From a virus (taxonomy: Duplodnaviria > Caudoviricetes), in IMG/VR virus record IMGVR_UViG_3300037067_013742, positions 128,001 through 192,000 of that record: DNA of 64,000 nucleotides. One strand, 5' to 3'. The notes beneath the pieces are model-generated. The model was not told where the DNA came from, did no database searches, and saw only the letters and a program-made list of their open reading frames with translations. Within the stretch, counting starts at the first letter, position 1, and every line of letters starts with the position of its first letter. This document shows positions 48,846-58,056 of this stretch, piece by piece. A program made the position numbers and the translations under genes.

Positions 48846-49208
48846 TTAGCCGGTACCAACCTCTCCGTATAGGAGCTGGGGAGTGCGAGGATCTATCTCC
48901 ACTCCTAGTTTCTTTGCCTCTCTTATAAAGAGCTCTCGGAGCTGTGATAAGGTAAGGTTTTGTTCTAAAAGCTTCTCAATAGGAATGCCGATATAGGAGG
49001 GTTCGTCTCCACCAAGAACTTCTATAGTCGTTTCCACGGCTACATCAAAGACTCCATGGCCACTGTAGCATTCATTATCTTCCCAGTCGGGTATAAGAAC
49101 TTCCAGTAATTCTTGGAATTTTCTCCCCTCCCGGCTATATCCAGATAGTCCAACTATCATAAAGCTAGAGCTGCTTGAGTTACTTACCAACCCGTTTCTT
49201 ATCTTCAT
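48846..49208 (-). CDS. SNSSS-motif family protein 1
   Basis: MKIRNGLVSNSSSSSF. Confidence 0.75.
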   Translation of the reverse strand: MKIRNGLVSNSSSSSFMIVGLSGYSREGRKFQELLEVLIPDWEDNECYSGHGVFDVAVETTIEVLGGDEPSYIGIPIEKLLEQNLTLSQLRELFIREAKKLGVEIDPRTPQLLYGEVGTG

Positions 49209-50092
49209 TCTACTTTCCTCACTAACCTTGCTCGACCTCTTCTCTGGCCATCGAGACCAACATTTTTAGCCCTCATAGTTTCAAGAGCTTCTTTTTGGGC
49301 TGCGCCAATAAAGTTATCTATAAATGATATTGGAACAGACTTTCCAGAAACTAACTTATTGAGTAATGGCATTACAGTCTTTTCTTTCTTAATGAATGTC
49401 CAGTCTTCATGTAAACCCGTTACTCCGTTCCAAAGGAGTATCCTAATCGTTTCTGGGATAACTGAGGCAAGGTTAGCTGGTAGCGTGTTTCTCTTAAGGA
49501 TTTCACCTAAGATCCATGCCCTATAGATTCTAAAGCTGCCAAATAGAGATGTGCTGTTACCATCTAAACACTTAGATGTTCTTATCAATGCTTTTATAGC
49601 GCCTCTAGGAAGAGCAATAGCGTGCTCAAAGGCTTGAAGTTCTTCTTCCGTAAGGCTGGCGCAAACTTTTGGTGGTAGGTTTAGATCCCTTTTGCTATCT
49701 GTTGGAGTAGTCATTATGTCATATGCTTGTGATGGGTCTAGTACTATTGGTGCTTTGTCGAAGCCAAAAGTGCCTCTTGCGCATTTCCATCCGTAACTTT
49801 CGAGGGATTTTATTACATCGTTGTACTTTGTCTCGGCCACTTCTTTATTAAGGGGGATCCACCTTGTTGTCGTTTCGCCGTCAGAGAGGGTAACTTCATA
49901 GAGGGTCTTTCCGTCATATTCAAACCTTGATAAGGATACCCTCTTCTGCTGCGAAATAAGACTGTGGGTATAAGTAGCCTCCTTCTCGCAGAATGGTGCA
50001 TGGGATTGGTAGAAGGGGCTTCTGACTATCTTCTCTTTGGGCTCGATGACTCCCCAAGATACAGGGATAGTAGTATTCTTTGACTTTTCCAC
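49205..50092 (-). CDS. Hypothetical protein
   Basis: 295-aa ORF coupled to neighbours. Confidence 0.55.
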   Translation of the reverse strand: MEKSKNTTIPVSWGVIEPKEKIVRSPFYQSHAPFCEKEATYTHSLISQQKRVSLSRFEYDGKTLYEVTLSDGETTTRWIPLNKEVAETKYNDVIKSLESYGWKCARGTFGFDKAPIVLDPSQAYDIMTTPTDSKRDLNLPPKVCASLTEEELQAFEHAIALPRGAIKALIRTSKCLDGNSTSLFGSFRIYRAWILGEILKRNTLPANLASVIPETIRILLWNGVTGLHEDWTFIKKEKTVMPLLNKLVSGKSVPISFIDNFIGAAQKEALETMRAKNVGLDGQRRGRARLVRKVE

Positions 50093-50096
50093 CAGA

Positions 50097-50999
50097 TCAC
50101 ACCTGAACGATAGGTGCTCTTGCTGCTACCTCAGAGATGGTTGCCGCTACTTGCGTTGGCTTGTTCTGAGCTGCGGCTTTCTGATCTGCCTTGTAAGCGG
50201 CCATTACGAATGAAGCCCTAAGCTTCCTAATGCCGGAGATATCTACTTCAGAGAGAACCGTATCTATCGCCTGATTCTTCTTCTCTACCTTCTTACAAAG
50301 GTCTCTAGCAATCTTCCTAGCCTGCTTAACAACAGTCTTTACCTCGGAGGCTACTTCGTCAGTAACGATAGAGTCAAAGTGTCTTGCGTCGGCGATTGCT
50401 ACCCTAATGAGCTCGGCTCTTACCCTAGCTAGAATAGCGTTCTTTTCAGTGTCTGGGAGCTCGACAATTGCTTCTGGGGTCATGCTCTTTAGGAACCTAA
50501 CAGGGGCTCTCCTGAGCGCTTCTAGGTCACTTTGCGTTAGGGCCTTGTCTACAGAGTCGGCAATCTCTGCGATGTGGTCGGCGATAGCAGCAATAGCAGC
50601 CTGGTTGTTCTCGTCAATCTCGAAGAAGCCCCAGCGAGCGGCGATCTCACAGGTACTGGCCTTATTGTTAAAGGCATCTATATCGGTCCTAATCTCTGTG
50701 ATGATCTCCTTAAGTTCCTTCTCTCGACTGCGAGGACAGATCAGTCCGACTGATGTTGTTACACAAAGTCGACGAAGCTTTGCGTATGCAACGGAGATTA
50801 CGTTGGTACGCTCCTTGTACTCATCCTCGTTATCGATGATGGAGAAGGTCTTCCATTCACGAATGCGCTTCTTATCTTCTAGATAGTTTTCTAGAACCTC
50901 ACGCTTATAGTGAATACCACCCTGACGATGCAGCCATTCTGTAACCAAGATACCGGGCTTGATCTTCTGAATCTCAAACTGAACTTCTGCTTCACTCAT
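50097..50999 (-). CDS. Hypothetical helical protein downstream of AAA ATPase
   Basis: 300-aa ORF overlapping the AAA stop. Confidence 0.6.
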   Translation of the reverse strand: MSEAEVQFEIQKIKPGILVTEWLHRQGGIHYKREVLENYLEDKKRIREWKTFSIIDNEDEYKERTNVISVAYAKLRRLCVTTSVGLICPRSREKELKEIITEIRTDIDAFNNKASTCEIAARWGFFEIDENNQAAIAAIADHIAEIADSVDKALTQSDLEALRRAPVRFLKSMTPEAIVELPDTEKNAILARVRAELIRVAIADARHFDSIVTDEVASEVKTVVKQARKIARDLCKKVEKKNQAIDTVLSEVDISGIRKLRASFVMAAYKADQKAAAQNKPTQVAATISEVAARAPIVQV

Positions 51000-52680
51000 C
51001 TTTCTTCTCCTCTAGTTTATCCAATGAGATAGCCCTCCTCTTTTTAATCGGGGCAATCTCTCCCATCTGAGGGGGCACAGCCTTTAGCTTAACGAGGGTT
51101 GATTTCTCTGTAGAGATTACTTCCGATGCACTTCTGGCACTTCTACTTGCCCATTCCCTAAGGGCTTTAATTGGCTCTGCCATCATCTCACTGAGAGGAC
51201 AGCTAGCCTTTGCTCTTATAGCTATGTCTTCTCCAGTAACGTCTCTACCGTCATCAAATGCGGCCCACATTCCATCTAGGATGGAGCACTCTATCTCTGC
51301 TCCAGAAAATCCTTCTGTTGCGGAGACGATCTGGTTTACGGACTTTTCACTAAGGACTCGCCCTCTCTTCGAGAGGTGAATCTTTATTATCTCGACTCTC
51401 TCTTTCTCGGTTGGGAGATCGACGAAAAAGATTTCATCCCATCTACCCTTTCTAAGAAGCTCTGGCGGAAGGTCGGATACGTCATTACCAGTGGCAACTA
51501 AGAATGCGCCGCCAGGTCTTTCCTGGAACCAGTGGAGGAATCCACCTGTTAGGGCATCGCTGGTACCTCCGTCAGAGTTTCGCTCTCCCTGTTTTGCGAA
51601 GCTTCGGCCGATCTCGTCGAGCCATAGGCAACAGTGTCCAATACCTTCAATTGAGGCCTTAACAGTCCTGATATTTTTCTCTGTATCTCCGACGATTCCA
51701 CCCTTCATATCATGGGGACTAAATCGAATTAGCGGGAGGTTTAGAGATGAGGCAATGGCCTTAGCGCATAAAGATTTTCCGGTACCCTGCACGCCCAAAA
51801 GTAGGATTCCACGGGGAATTGGGAGGCCATACTCTCTTGCCTCCTTCTGAAACCCTCTCTTCCTCTGATTGATCCACTGCTTTATTCCGGCAAGACCGCC
51901 AACGCTGTCAATGTCTGGTCTACTTCGTTCGAATGTAAGTCCGGGAACAGAAGAAATTTGCTCTGTCTTTATCTCGTAGATAAAGGTAACGTCTATCTCC
52001 CCTAATGTCGCAACGCTTCTTGCAACAGCATCAGAAGCCTGCGTCATTGTAAGGCCGCGACAAGCTTCTATTAGCTCTTCTGTTTTTGGAAAGTCTTCTA
52101 GCCCGTAGGTTGGAAGAACATCCTTCTTTATAAGGTTTGTAAGAGCTTCCTTATCTGGGAGTCCAGGATGGATTATATGAACGTCTACCTCTAGTTCTGG
52201 AGGGAGCTTGTCCATTGGAGAGATGAAGACTATTGTTGTTACGCTATCTTTTAGTTCTCTGGCTGCATCTCTAATCATTCTAACGAATGACTTTTCAGAC
52301 TCGAAGAAGACGTGGGCATCTCGAAAGATTGCAATGGTCTTTAGAGCAACTTGCTCTTCGACCGCGGCATTCTCAAGATCGTTGTCTTCTCGGATAGATA
52401 GAGCGTGATCGATAACACTTCTAATCGCGGCGGCCGGATCGGTTTGCATCTCCTTATTAAAAGGGCATTCCCTATCTTCCTTTGGAACTCCAACTGGTAG
52501 TTCCCAACCTGGCCCGCCACCATTTGATGTGAGAGACCAGACCCATACTTGTCCTCCTAAGGGTAGAACCCAGTTGGCAATACCACTTTCTGCTCGTAAC
52601 TCTTCTTGTGTTACAAACCAGACGACTGGGATTCTTGCTCCGTCACAAATCTTTATCTCTCTAATGAACTCTGACGTCAT
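50992..52680 (-). CDS. Ycf46-like AAA+ ATPase
   Basis: TQEELR N-terminus, GVQGTGKS, LWLDEI, LPPELLRKGRWDEIFFVDLP, GFSGAEIE, LREWA. Confidence 0.85.
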   Translation of the reverse strand: MTSEFIREIKICDGARIPVVWFVTQEELRAESGIANWVLPLGGQVWVWSLTSNGGGPGWELPVGVPKEDRECPFNKEMQTDPAAAIRSVIDHALSIREDNDLENAAVEEQVALKTIAIFRDAHVFFESEKSFVRMIRDAARELKDSVTTIVFISPMDKLPPELEVDVHIIHPGLPDKEALTNLIKKDVLPTYGLEDFPKTEELIEACRGLTMTQASDAVARSVATLGEIDVTFIYEIKTEQISSVPGLTFERSRPDIDSVGGLAGIKQWINQRKRGFQKEAREYGLPIPRGILLLGVQGTGKSLCAKAIASSLNLPLIRFSPHDMKGGIVGDTEKNIRTVKASIEGIGHCCLWLDEIGRSFAKQGERNSDGGTSDALTGGFLHWFQERPGGAFLVATGNDVSDLPPELLRKGRWDEIFFVDLPTEKERVEIIKIHLSKRGRVLSEKSVNQIVSATEGFSGAEIECSILDGMWAAFDDGRDVTGEDIAIRAKASCPLSEMMAEPIKALREWASRSARSASEVISTEKSTLVKLKAVPPQMGEIAPIKKRRAISLDKLEEKKDE

Positions 52681-52692
52681 TACTCTTCTCTC

Positions 52693-53115
52693 CTAAAAGG
52701 CCTTGATTAGCTTTAGCTTGATGTTCTTCCCGTCAATTTTCTTCTCTACTCTATATCCCCGTCCTAACTTCTTTGCCTCTGCTTCATACTTTGCACAAGC
52801 TGCATGCTGGAGGAAGGTTTCGGATTTCTTCCGCCACCATTTCTGATCATAGTCAGAAACATGCACAGTTATCTTTCCATCCTTCTTCTCGAAGCCAATG
52901 TCATTCGAGGCTCCACCCGAAAGGAGCTTGTTAACATTAGCTCTACGGACTATCACATTGGCCTTTTGTCCACGCTTGCTTCCCTCGTAACCAACTAGGC
53001 TTTGGGGGATGTCGTGTATCTCTATCATTTCAGCGGGGATACCAATAGCAAGAAGTCCTTCGATTACATAGTCTATCTCTGTAATGTCTATTACAACTAT
53101 TTTGTAGGCGCTCAT
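52693..53115 (-). CDS. DUF1257/Ycf35-like protein
   Basis: GYEG..., SNDIGF, DY motifs; position upstream of Ycf46-like ATPase. Confidence 0.65.
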   Translation of the reverse strand: MSAYKIVVIDITEIDYVIEGLLAIGIPAEMIEIHDIPQSLVGYEGSKRGQKANVIVRRANVNKLLSGGASNDIGFEKKDGKITVHVSDYDQKWWRKKSETFLQHAACAKYEAEAKKLGRGYRVEKKIDGKNIKLKLIKAF

Positions 53116-53303
53116 TAGGCACCAACCTTTGTTGGGTTTTTTACCTTGGTCTTTGGCGTTTCTTTCTTGCGGCGATGCTCTATAACTTCTCCAAGTGAAT
53201 CAATCCACTTGGAAAGCATTTCGCAAGCATCTCCTTCAACACCAAATACTTCAGCCGTACTCTTGCCGCCAGGCTCAATGGTTATTTCTATTGTATGTTT
53301 CAT
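53115..53303 (-). CDS. DUF2997-like small protein
   Basis: IEITIEPGG...GVEGDAC....LG. Confidence 0.65.
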   Translation of the reverse strand: MKHTIEITIEPGGKSTAEVFGVEGDACEMLSKWIDSLGEVIEHRRKKETPKTKVKNPTKVGA

Positions 53304-53306
53304 TTA

Positions 53307-53660
53307 TCAGCCACCGTCAGATACACAAAAGCTAGAGCACTCATCGGGCTCGAATCCAGCAATGAAATCATTTATGCAAGATGACACGACGCCATAATGA
53401 TCGTCATCTTCTTCGTCGTCCTCTGGTTTTGGGAGCTCTATTTGGTCCCACAGAGAGTCACCACCAGCAGTAGAAAAATCTTTGATAACTACGCACTGGA
53501 TTCCAAAGACTATTGCGTCCTCTGTTGTAACCGCCTGATTTACAATAAATCTGGTCTTCGGATCTGTTTCGGAGAACTTCTTATCGAAGGCATCCTTTCG
53601 CATAATACATACGAAGGAGGATGAGCTGCTGTTACTAACTAGGCTTCGTCTAATCTTCAT
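53307..53660 (-). CDS. SNSSS-motif family protein 2
   Basis: MKIRRSLVSNSSSSSF. Confidence 0.75.
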   Translation of the reverse strand: MKIRRSLVSNSSSSSFVCIMRKDAFDKKFSETDPKTRFIVNQAVTTEDAIVFGIQCVVIKDFSTAGGDSLWDQIELPKPEDDEEDDDHYGVVSSCINDFIAGFEPDECSSFCVSDGG

Positions 53661-53662
53661 GC

Positions 53663-53818
53663 TTACCTCTTTTGTTCAATGATAGTCAGAAGTGCCTTAA
53701 GGGCAGTAACCGGTGAATCTCCAAGGCCTTCTTCTGGAACGATCCAATCTTCATCAACCCAGGCGGACCAGCATTGTCGGTCATAAGACCAAGCAATGTT
53801 AAATGTATAATCTGGCAT
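53663..53818 (-). CDS. Small HicB-like protein (51 aa, not in ORF track)
   Basis: GGAG SD; W.A.V...GLGDSPVTAL pattern. Confidence 0.4.
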   Translation of the reverse strand: MPDYTFNIAWSYDRQCWSAWVDEDWIVPEEGLGDSPVTALKALLTIIEQKR

Positions 53819-53826
53819 TCTATCTC

Positions 53827-54279
53827 CTAGAAACTATGGCCCAAGGGAAGGATCCTACTGTCTTCTCCAGTAAGGATAACGACATATGGGCCTTTAGACT
53901 CTGGGTTTAGTTCCATTATCTCGTTCATCCCACAGAGCGAGCAGATTCCATCCCAGGCAGATATGTTTCGTTCGTCATTTGGAATTAGGATTCTAGCAAA
54001 TCCAGATTCTGGGAATCTTATGTCCATCTGATGGAAGGTAAAGAACTCTGATGAGTTTTTATTCTCTACAATTAGGGTAACTGAGGCTGGAAAGTCGAGA
54101 AGGTCTTTCGGCGTCTGGTCTGGAAGACCCATAAATCCTCGAAGGAATTTATTAAACGTGGGCTGAAAGATAAAAGGTTCTGGCTCAGAAAAGACTGGGG
54201 CTTGTAGTAGTAGGAAGCTTGCTTTACAGATTAGATTAAACTTCTTTAGAACCTGGATCTCTATCTTGTTCGCCCGCAC
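53827..54279 (-). CDS. Hypothetical protein
   Basis: ORF in array. Confidence 0.5.
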   Translation of the reverse strand: MRANKIEIQVLKKFNLICKASFLLLQAPVFSEPEPFIFQPTFNKFLRGFMGLPDQTPKDLLDFPASVTLIVENKNSSEFFTFHQMDIRFPESGFARILIPNDERNISAWDGICSLCGMNEIMELNPESKGPYVVILTGEDSRILPLGHSF

Positions 54280-54448
54280 TTCCTACCTCCACTATCTGGA
54301 CACGAAGAGATCCTAGCTCTTCAAGTAAAAGATTCATAGACTCTCTCTCTTCGTAATGTCTTCGGCCTATTAACTCTTGCTTTCGTCTTTCGAGGATCAG
54401 GCACCTATCGTCTATGATTGCTAGGATTTGTTTGAATGATTTATTCAT
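54236..54448 (-). CDS. Hypothetical protein
   Basis: ATGA coupling to upstream gene. Confidence 0.45.
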   Translation of the reverse strand: MNKSFKQILAIIDDRCLILERRKQELIGRRHYEERESMNLLLEELGSLRVQIVEVGSAGEQDRDPGSKEV

Positions 54449-55197
54449 CGTATTGGTGTAACTACTTCCTTAATTGAGTCTTTCCACTGGATTCTAGGAG
54501 TATCTTTTAGCTCATTATAGATTCTAAAGATATGCTCGTCTCTCTGCCCCTCTTCTATTCTTTGAATTTCTTCCCTTGTAACGCCGCCAACCCTCTCGGC
54601 GATCTTATTCATCTTACCAATCCAGATATCTCCAGTACAGTAAGGATGGAGATACATGGCATCACTTACTACGTTAGGAGAATCTAGCATTGGCTCCATA
54701 GAGACAGAGGTTTTATATCCAAGGGTAAAAGCGGTTACCAGACAGGAGAACCTTTCTTCGAAAGGTGGAGCACCAGGTTCCCAGGTCTTTAGGATTTCAT
54801 TATTTCTACATCCAATAGTGAATCTAAAAACTACCTTATCTTTATAGTCTTCTAGACAATCATATAGCTGAAGCATACAGCTTAATCTTGGTTTGCTGGT
54901 AATGAGAACTTCATTCCCCGCGCCAAGAAGATTTAGTATTGCTCCCTTACATTCGGAGAAATTCTCTGGGAAAATATCATGCGCTGATGGGAACATTACG
55001 ATTCCGTCGTAGAGCTTACGTTCGTCCTTCTGATTTCTCTTTGAGCGGGGCATCTCAGTCCATTCGGCAAAAGTAGATATCTCTCGACGTAGAACGGCCA
55101 TCTTTCTTGAGTAACAGTATTGGCATCCGTTAGGACAATTGGTAGAACAGTTAATTCCCTTGCTTGCCCACTCATAAATTCCGGTTGTCTTCTTCAT
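54445..55197 (-). CDS. Radical SAM protein (DUF5131/Gp37-Gp68-like)
   Basis: W...NC..NCPNGCQYCY, SVSMEPML. Confidence 0.7.
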   Translation of the reverse strand: MKKTTGIYEWASKGINCSTNCPNGCQYCYSRKMAVLRREISTFAEWTEMPRSKRNQKDERKLYDGIVMFPSAHDIFPENFSECKGAILNLLGAGNEVLITSKPRLSCMLQLYDCLEDYKDKVVFRFTIGCRNNEILKTWEPGAPPFEERFSCLVTAFTLGYKTSVSMEPMLDSPNVVSDAMYLHPYCTGDIWIGKMNKIAERVGGVTREEIQRIEEGQRDEHIFRIYNELKDTPRIQWKDSIKEVVTPIR

Positions 55198-55212
55198 TTA
55201 TACTTTCCGATC

Positions 55213-55707
55213 TTAATGGTTATCGTTGTCTGTATGAATGTAGCTATCAGGAGAGAAGATAAATCTTTCTAGTTCCTCTGGGGAGTCAAACATCTTAATG
55301 TTTTGACCCTCTTCTGCGTTAGACTGATGATCTATATATCCGTAGGGTGATGAATTAAGTGGCTCATAATCATTAGTAAGATTCCACTCAATTTTCTTCA
55401 CTCCGAGGTTCTTCTTAAGAATAGCTTCTAGCATCTTTAGCCATTGATCAGCGATGTAATTAGTCTTCTTATCTTTCTTCCAGTCAGCTTGAGATCTTTT
55501 GCCGCAGATCTGTAGATAGGCAAAGTTGATTAGTGAGCCAAGATCTTTATGGTCTTCTGGCTCCCAACCAAACTCTGTCGTCCCGCCCAGGTCGTCCGGA
55601 ACCTGAAGAGTATCTTTCCCAAGTAGTACAACCTTGGGCCTCTTATTTCCAATGACTACAAAGGAACTGCTAGAGCTATTACTCACTAACCCGGTTCTAA
55701 TCTTCAT
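55213..55707 (-). CDS. SNSSS-motif family protein 3
   Basis: MKIRTGLVSNSSSSSF; EFGW, GYIDHQS, TDNDN. Confidence 0.75.
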   Translation of the reverse strand: MKIRTGLVSNSSSSSFVVIGNKRPKVVLLGKDTLQVPDDLGGTTEFGWEPEDHKDLGSLINFAYLQICGKRSQADWKKDKKTNYIADQWLKMLEAILKKNLGVKKIEWNLTNDYEPLNSSPYGYIDHQSNAEEGQNIKMFDSPEELERFIFSPDSYIHTDNDNH

Positions 55708-55719
55708 TAGCTTCCTCTA

Positions 55720-56190
55720 TCAGCCGTTATACCAAGCATCTTCATAGGTTCCAAACTTTATATCTGGACCAAGAGCCTCTTTTAGTGTGGCTTCTACCCT
55801 AGCCTTGAATTGGGCTCCAGTCTCATCATCCTTAACTGAGTCCCAGCTCTCTCCGAAGTAGAAGTAGTCTTCTCCCCTGCCCTTTTGATCCTGGCCTACG
55901 ACTTGGTTTAAGGTTTCTCCCAAGTCTTGACTTACATAAGTATCAATATCAGCATCAGTATATGGTTCTTCCCTAGGTGCGTCGTAGGGATAAGTCTTAC
56001 CTGGGTTATCCTTTAGCCACTGCTCTCGAAACTTTATGTTGCCTTGGACTTCATCGTTCATTGCCTGCAGAGTCTTAACTCGGTTGGCTACTGTTAGTAA
56101 CCTCAAAGCTTCCTTCTCGTTTAGACATACTCCATAAATTAAGAAGGAAGAGCTGCTGCTGTTACTGACCAAACCCTGTCTTATCTTCAT
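55720..56190 (-). CDS. SNSSS-motif family protein 4
   Basis: MKIRQGLVSNSSSSSF; KDDET..QFK.RV. Confidence 0.75.
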   Translation of the reverse strand: MKIRQGLVSNSSSSSFLIYGVCLNEKEALRLLTVANRVKTLQAMNDEVQGNIKFREQWLKDNPGKTYPYDAPREEPYTDADIDTYVSQDLGETLNQVVGQDQKGRGEDYFYFGESWDSVKDDETGAQFKARVEATLKEALGPDIKFGTYEDAWYNG

Positions 56191-56199
56191 TTGTATCTC

Positions 56200-56589
56200 C
56201 TATGAGTAAACCGTAAAGTCATGTAGCTCGCATTCGGTTCCCGGCCCAAAAAGCTCTACGGCTTCCTTATCCACCCGCTCCATAAACTCCGCCTTTGTCT
56301 CATCATCCTTCATGGAGTTAAAGGGGTGGTAGCCCCAATAGACATAGTCTTCATCGTCGGCAATAAAGCCTAGCTTGGCAAGAGCCTCTTCAGGAATGGC
56401 ATCAAGTAACTCCTCTGGGCTATACTCATAATAGCTCTTACCCAAAGCTACTCTTTGTATTGATAGAAGTTCTCGAAGCTTTCCTTCTTTTAGAACGGCG
56501 GCTATGGCCTCATTTAGATGCATCTCTACGCCATAAATTACATAGGATGAGGAGCTCGAGTTACTAACAAAAGAGTTTCTGATTTTCAT
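56200..56589 (-). CDS. SNSSS-motif family protein 5
   Basis: MKIRNSFVSNSSSSSY; KDDET..EFM.RV. Confidence 0.75.
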   Translation of the reverse strand: MKIRNSFVSNSSSSSYVIYGVEMHLNEAIAAVLKEGKLRELLSIQRVALGKSYYEYSPEELLDAIPEEALAKLGFIADDEDYVYWGYHPFNSMKDDETKAEFMERVDKEAVELFGPGTECELHDFTVYS

Positions 56590-56996
56590 TAGCGTGTTTT
56601 ATCCTTTACTAAAATTAGGTCTGGGGTTCTAATCTCTAAAGTCATCTTGCAGATGGCTTCTTCTATTCCCTCGCCATCATCTGATGCGGAGCCATACCAA
56701 ATCTTAAAGCCATTGTGGATTAGTGCTACGAACTCATCCAGAAGCTCATCTTCTTCACAACAGTAGTCTTCACCACAGAGGTCGGCTATTGTTGTATATG
56801 GCTGCTTGGCTTCTCCGTTCCATCTAGCTGTGACCTCTTGAAAGAAGAAGCTTGCCATCTCTTCTGCTAATGGTCTTAGTGGAGAGGTTTCTGGAACGTC
56901 AAAAGCCTCTAGAAGCTTTTCTTCTGATAGTTCTTTTGCGGCAATCCAAAAGGAGGAGCTACTACTATTGCTGACAAGACCATTTCTTATCTTCAT
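56589..56996 (-). CDS. SNSSS-motif family protein 6
   Basis: MKIRNGLVSNSSSSSF. Confidence 0.75.
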   Translation of the reverse strand: MKIRNGLVSNSSSSSFWIAAKELSEEKLLEAFDVPETSPLRPLAEEMASFFFQEVTARWNGEAKQPYTTIADLCGEDYCCEEDELLDEFVALIHNGFKIWYGSASDDGEGIEEAICKMTLEIRTPDLILVKDKTR

Positions 56997-57000
56997 ATTC

Positions 57001-57471
57001 TTATCCCTTTACGAACTTTAGGAAGTCTCTATAGGTCTTAAACCTGGTCTTTAGCTTTTCTATCTCATCAATAAGGTTTAGAGAAAATTTCTGGCATATA
57101 TGTGCTGTGTATTCGTGGTTATATAACTTCTTCCTTCTTCTATTGAGCTTCTTTACTTCTTCGAATACTTCCGCGCGGGGGATTTTGTATTCCTTTAGAA
57201 AGAAGGCCGAGAGGTCATTATGTGATGGAGCTTGCCACTGACAAACCGGGCAGTACCTTTCTGGAACGTCATCATTATCGAAATCGTATGATTCATTACT
57301 ATCATCGATCTCTTCTAGGAGATCCTCTTCGCAGATGTTGTGATCATTTATACAGCTGTAGGTCTTCTGATCTCCATAGTCTCCGTCCCAGCCTGTTAGG
57401 GTTTCGCCGCAAACGTCACAGGTGAAAGATGATGCACTGCTATTACTTACTAGTCCCCGACGTATCTTCAT
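57001..57471 (-). CDS. SNSSS-motif family protein 7 with Zn-finger-like Cys/His
   Basis: MKIRRGLVSNSSASSF; CDVC, C..DH..C, CPVC. Confidence 0.75.
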   Translation of the reverse strand: MKIRRGLVSNSSASSFTCDVCGETLTGWDGDYGDQKTYSCINDHNICEEDLLEEIDDSNESYDFDNDDVPERYCPVCQWQAPSHNDLSAFFLKEYKIPRAEVFEEVKKLNRRRKKLYNHEYTAHICQKFSLNLIDEIEKLKTRFKTYRDFLKFVKG

Positions 57472-57745
57472 CTTTAGTCTCCTCTATAGATTTTCTTGGA
57501 TCTCCTGACCGAAGAGCATCCCCTAACTGATTTCTCTGTTTGGCAAGTTCGGTCATCTCTGTTCCGAGAGTTTTCATCTTGGCCGAGATGGCGTCCTCTA
57601 TATCTGGCCACTCACAAAGTTGGAGCAATTTACTAGATAGAGAAAAGTCTATAACCCCACTGGTTATATAGACGGCCGCTTCCATGATATCGGGGGTGTT
57701 AATAAAGAATGGCCCACGGGTTTCTATATCTTTCTTACTGTTCAT
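57443..57745 (-). CDS. Hypothetical protein
   Basis: ORF in array. Confidence 0.45.
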   Translation of the reverse strand: MNSKKDIETRGPFFINTPDIMEAAVYITSGVIDFSLSSKLLQLCEWPDIEDAISAKMKTLGTEMTELAKQRNQLGDALRSGDPRKSIEETKDEDTSGTSK

Positions 57746-58043
57746 TTAACGCCCTAACTATCTTCATTCTTTTGGCTAGATACCAAACGGCTCCCTGATG
57801 CTCTGGTCTATCTAAGGATTCAAATTCTTCTATCTCTACTTCTGCCCAAATCCGTCCTCGTGTAGAGAGGTGCGGAGCTTTTGGAGTGGCTACGCAATGC
57901 CAACCTGGCCTAAGGGCAAACCCATTAGTCTTGTGGCACTCGGCTTCTAGCCACTTGCCGATAGGAAGTCTTTGCTTTTTGTTAATAAATAAAGAAGTTA
58001 TCTCGCCGCTCTTGAGCTGGCGAACAAGCTTGTAGGCTTTCAT
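57735..58043 (-). CDS. Hypothetical phage protein
   Basis: MKAYKL..., RPGWH. Confidence 0.55.
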   Translation of the reverse strand: MKAYKLVRQLKSGEITSLFINKKQRLPIGKWLEAECHKTNGFALRPGWHCVATPKAPHLSTRGRIWAEVEIEEFESLDRPEHQGAVWYLAKRMKIVRALNEQ

Positions 58044-58056
58044 AGAATCTTCCTAA

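Noticed and set aside
48846-57471. SNSSS starts as a DNA repeat, CRISPR or DGR-type array
   Set aside because: The copies differ at synonymous positions throughout and are irregularly spaced; no reverse transcriptase or cas operon is in the window.
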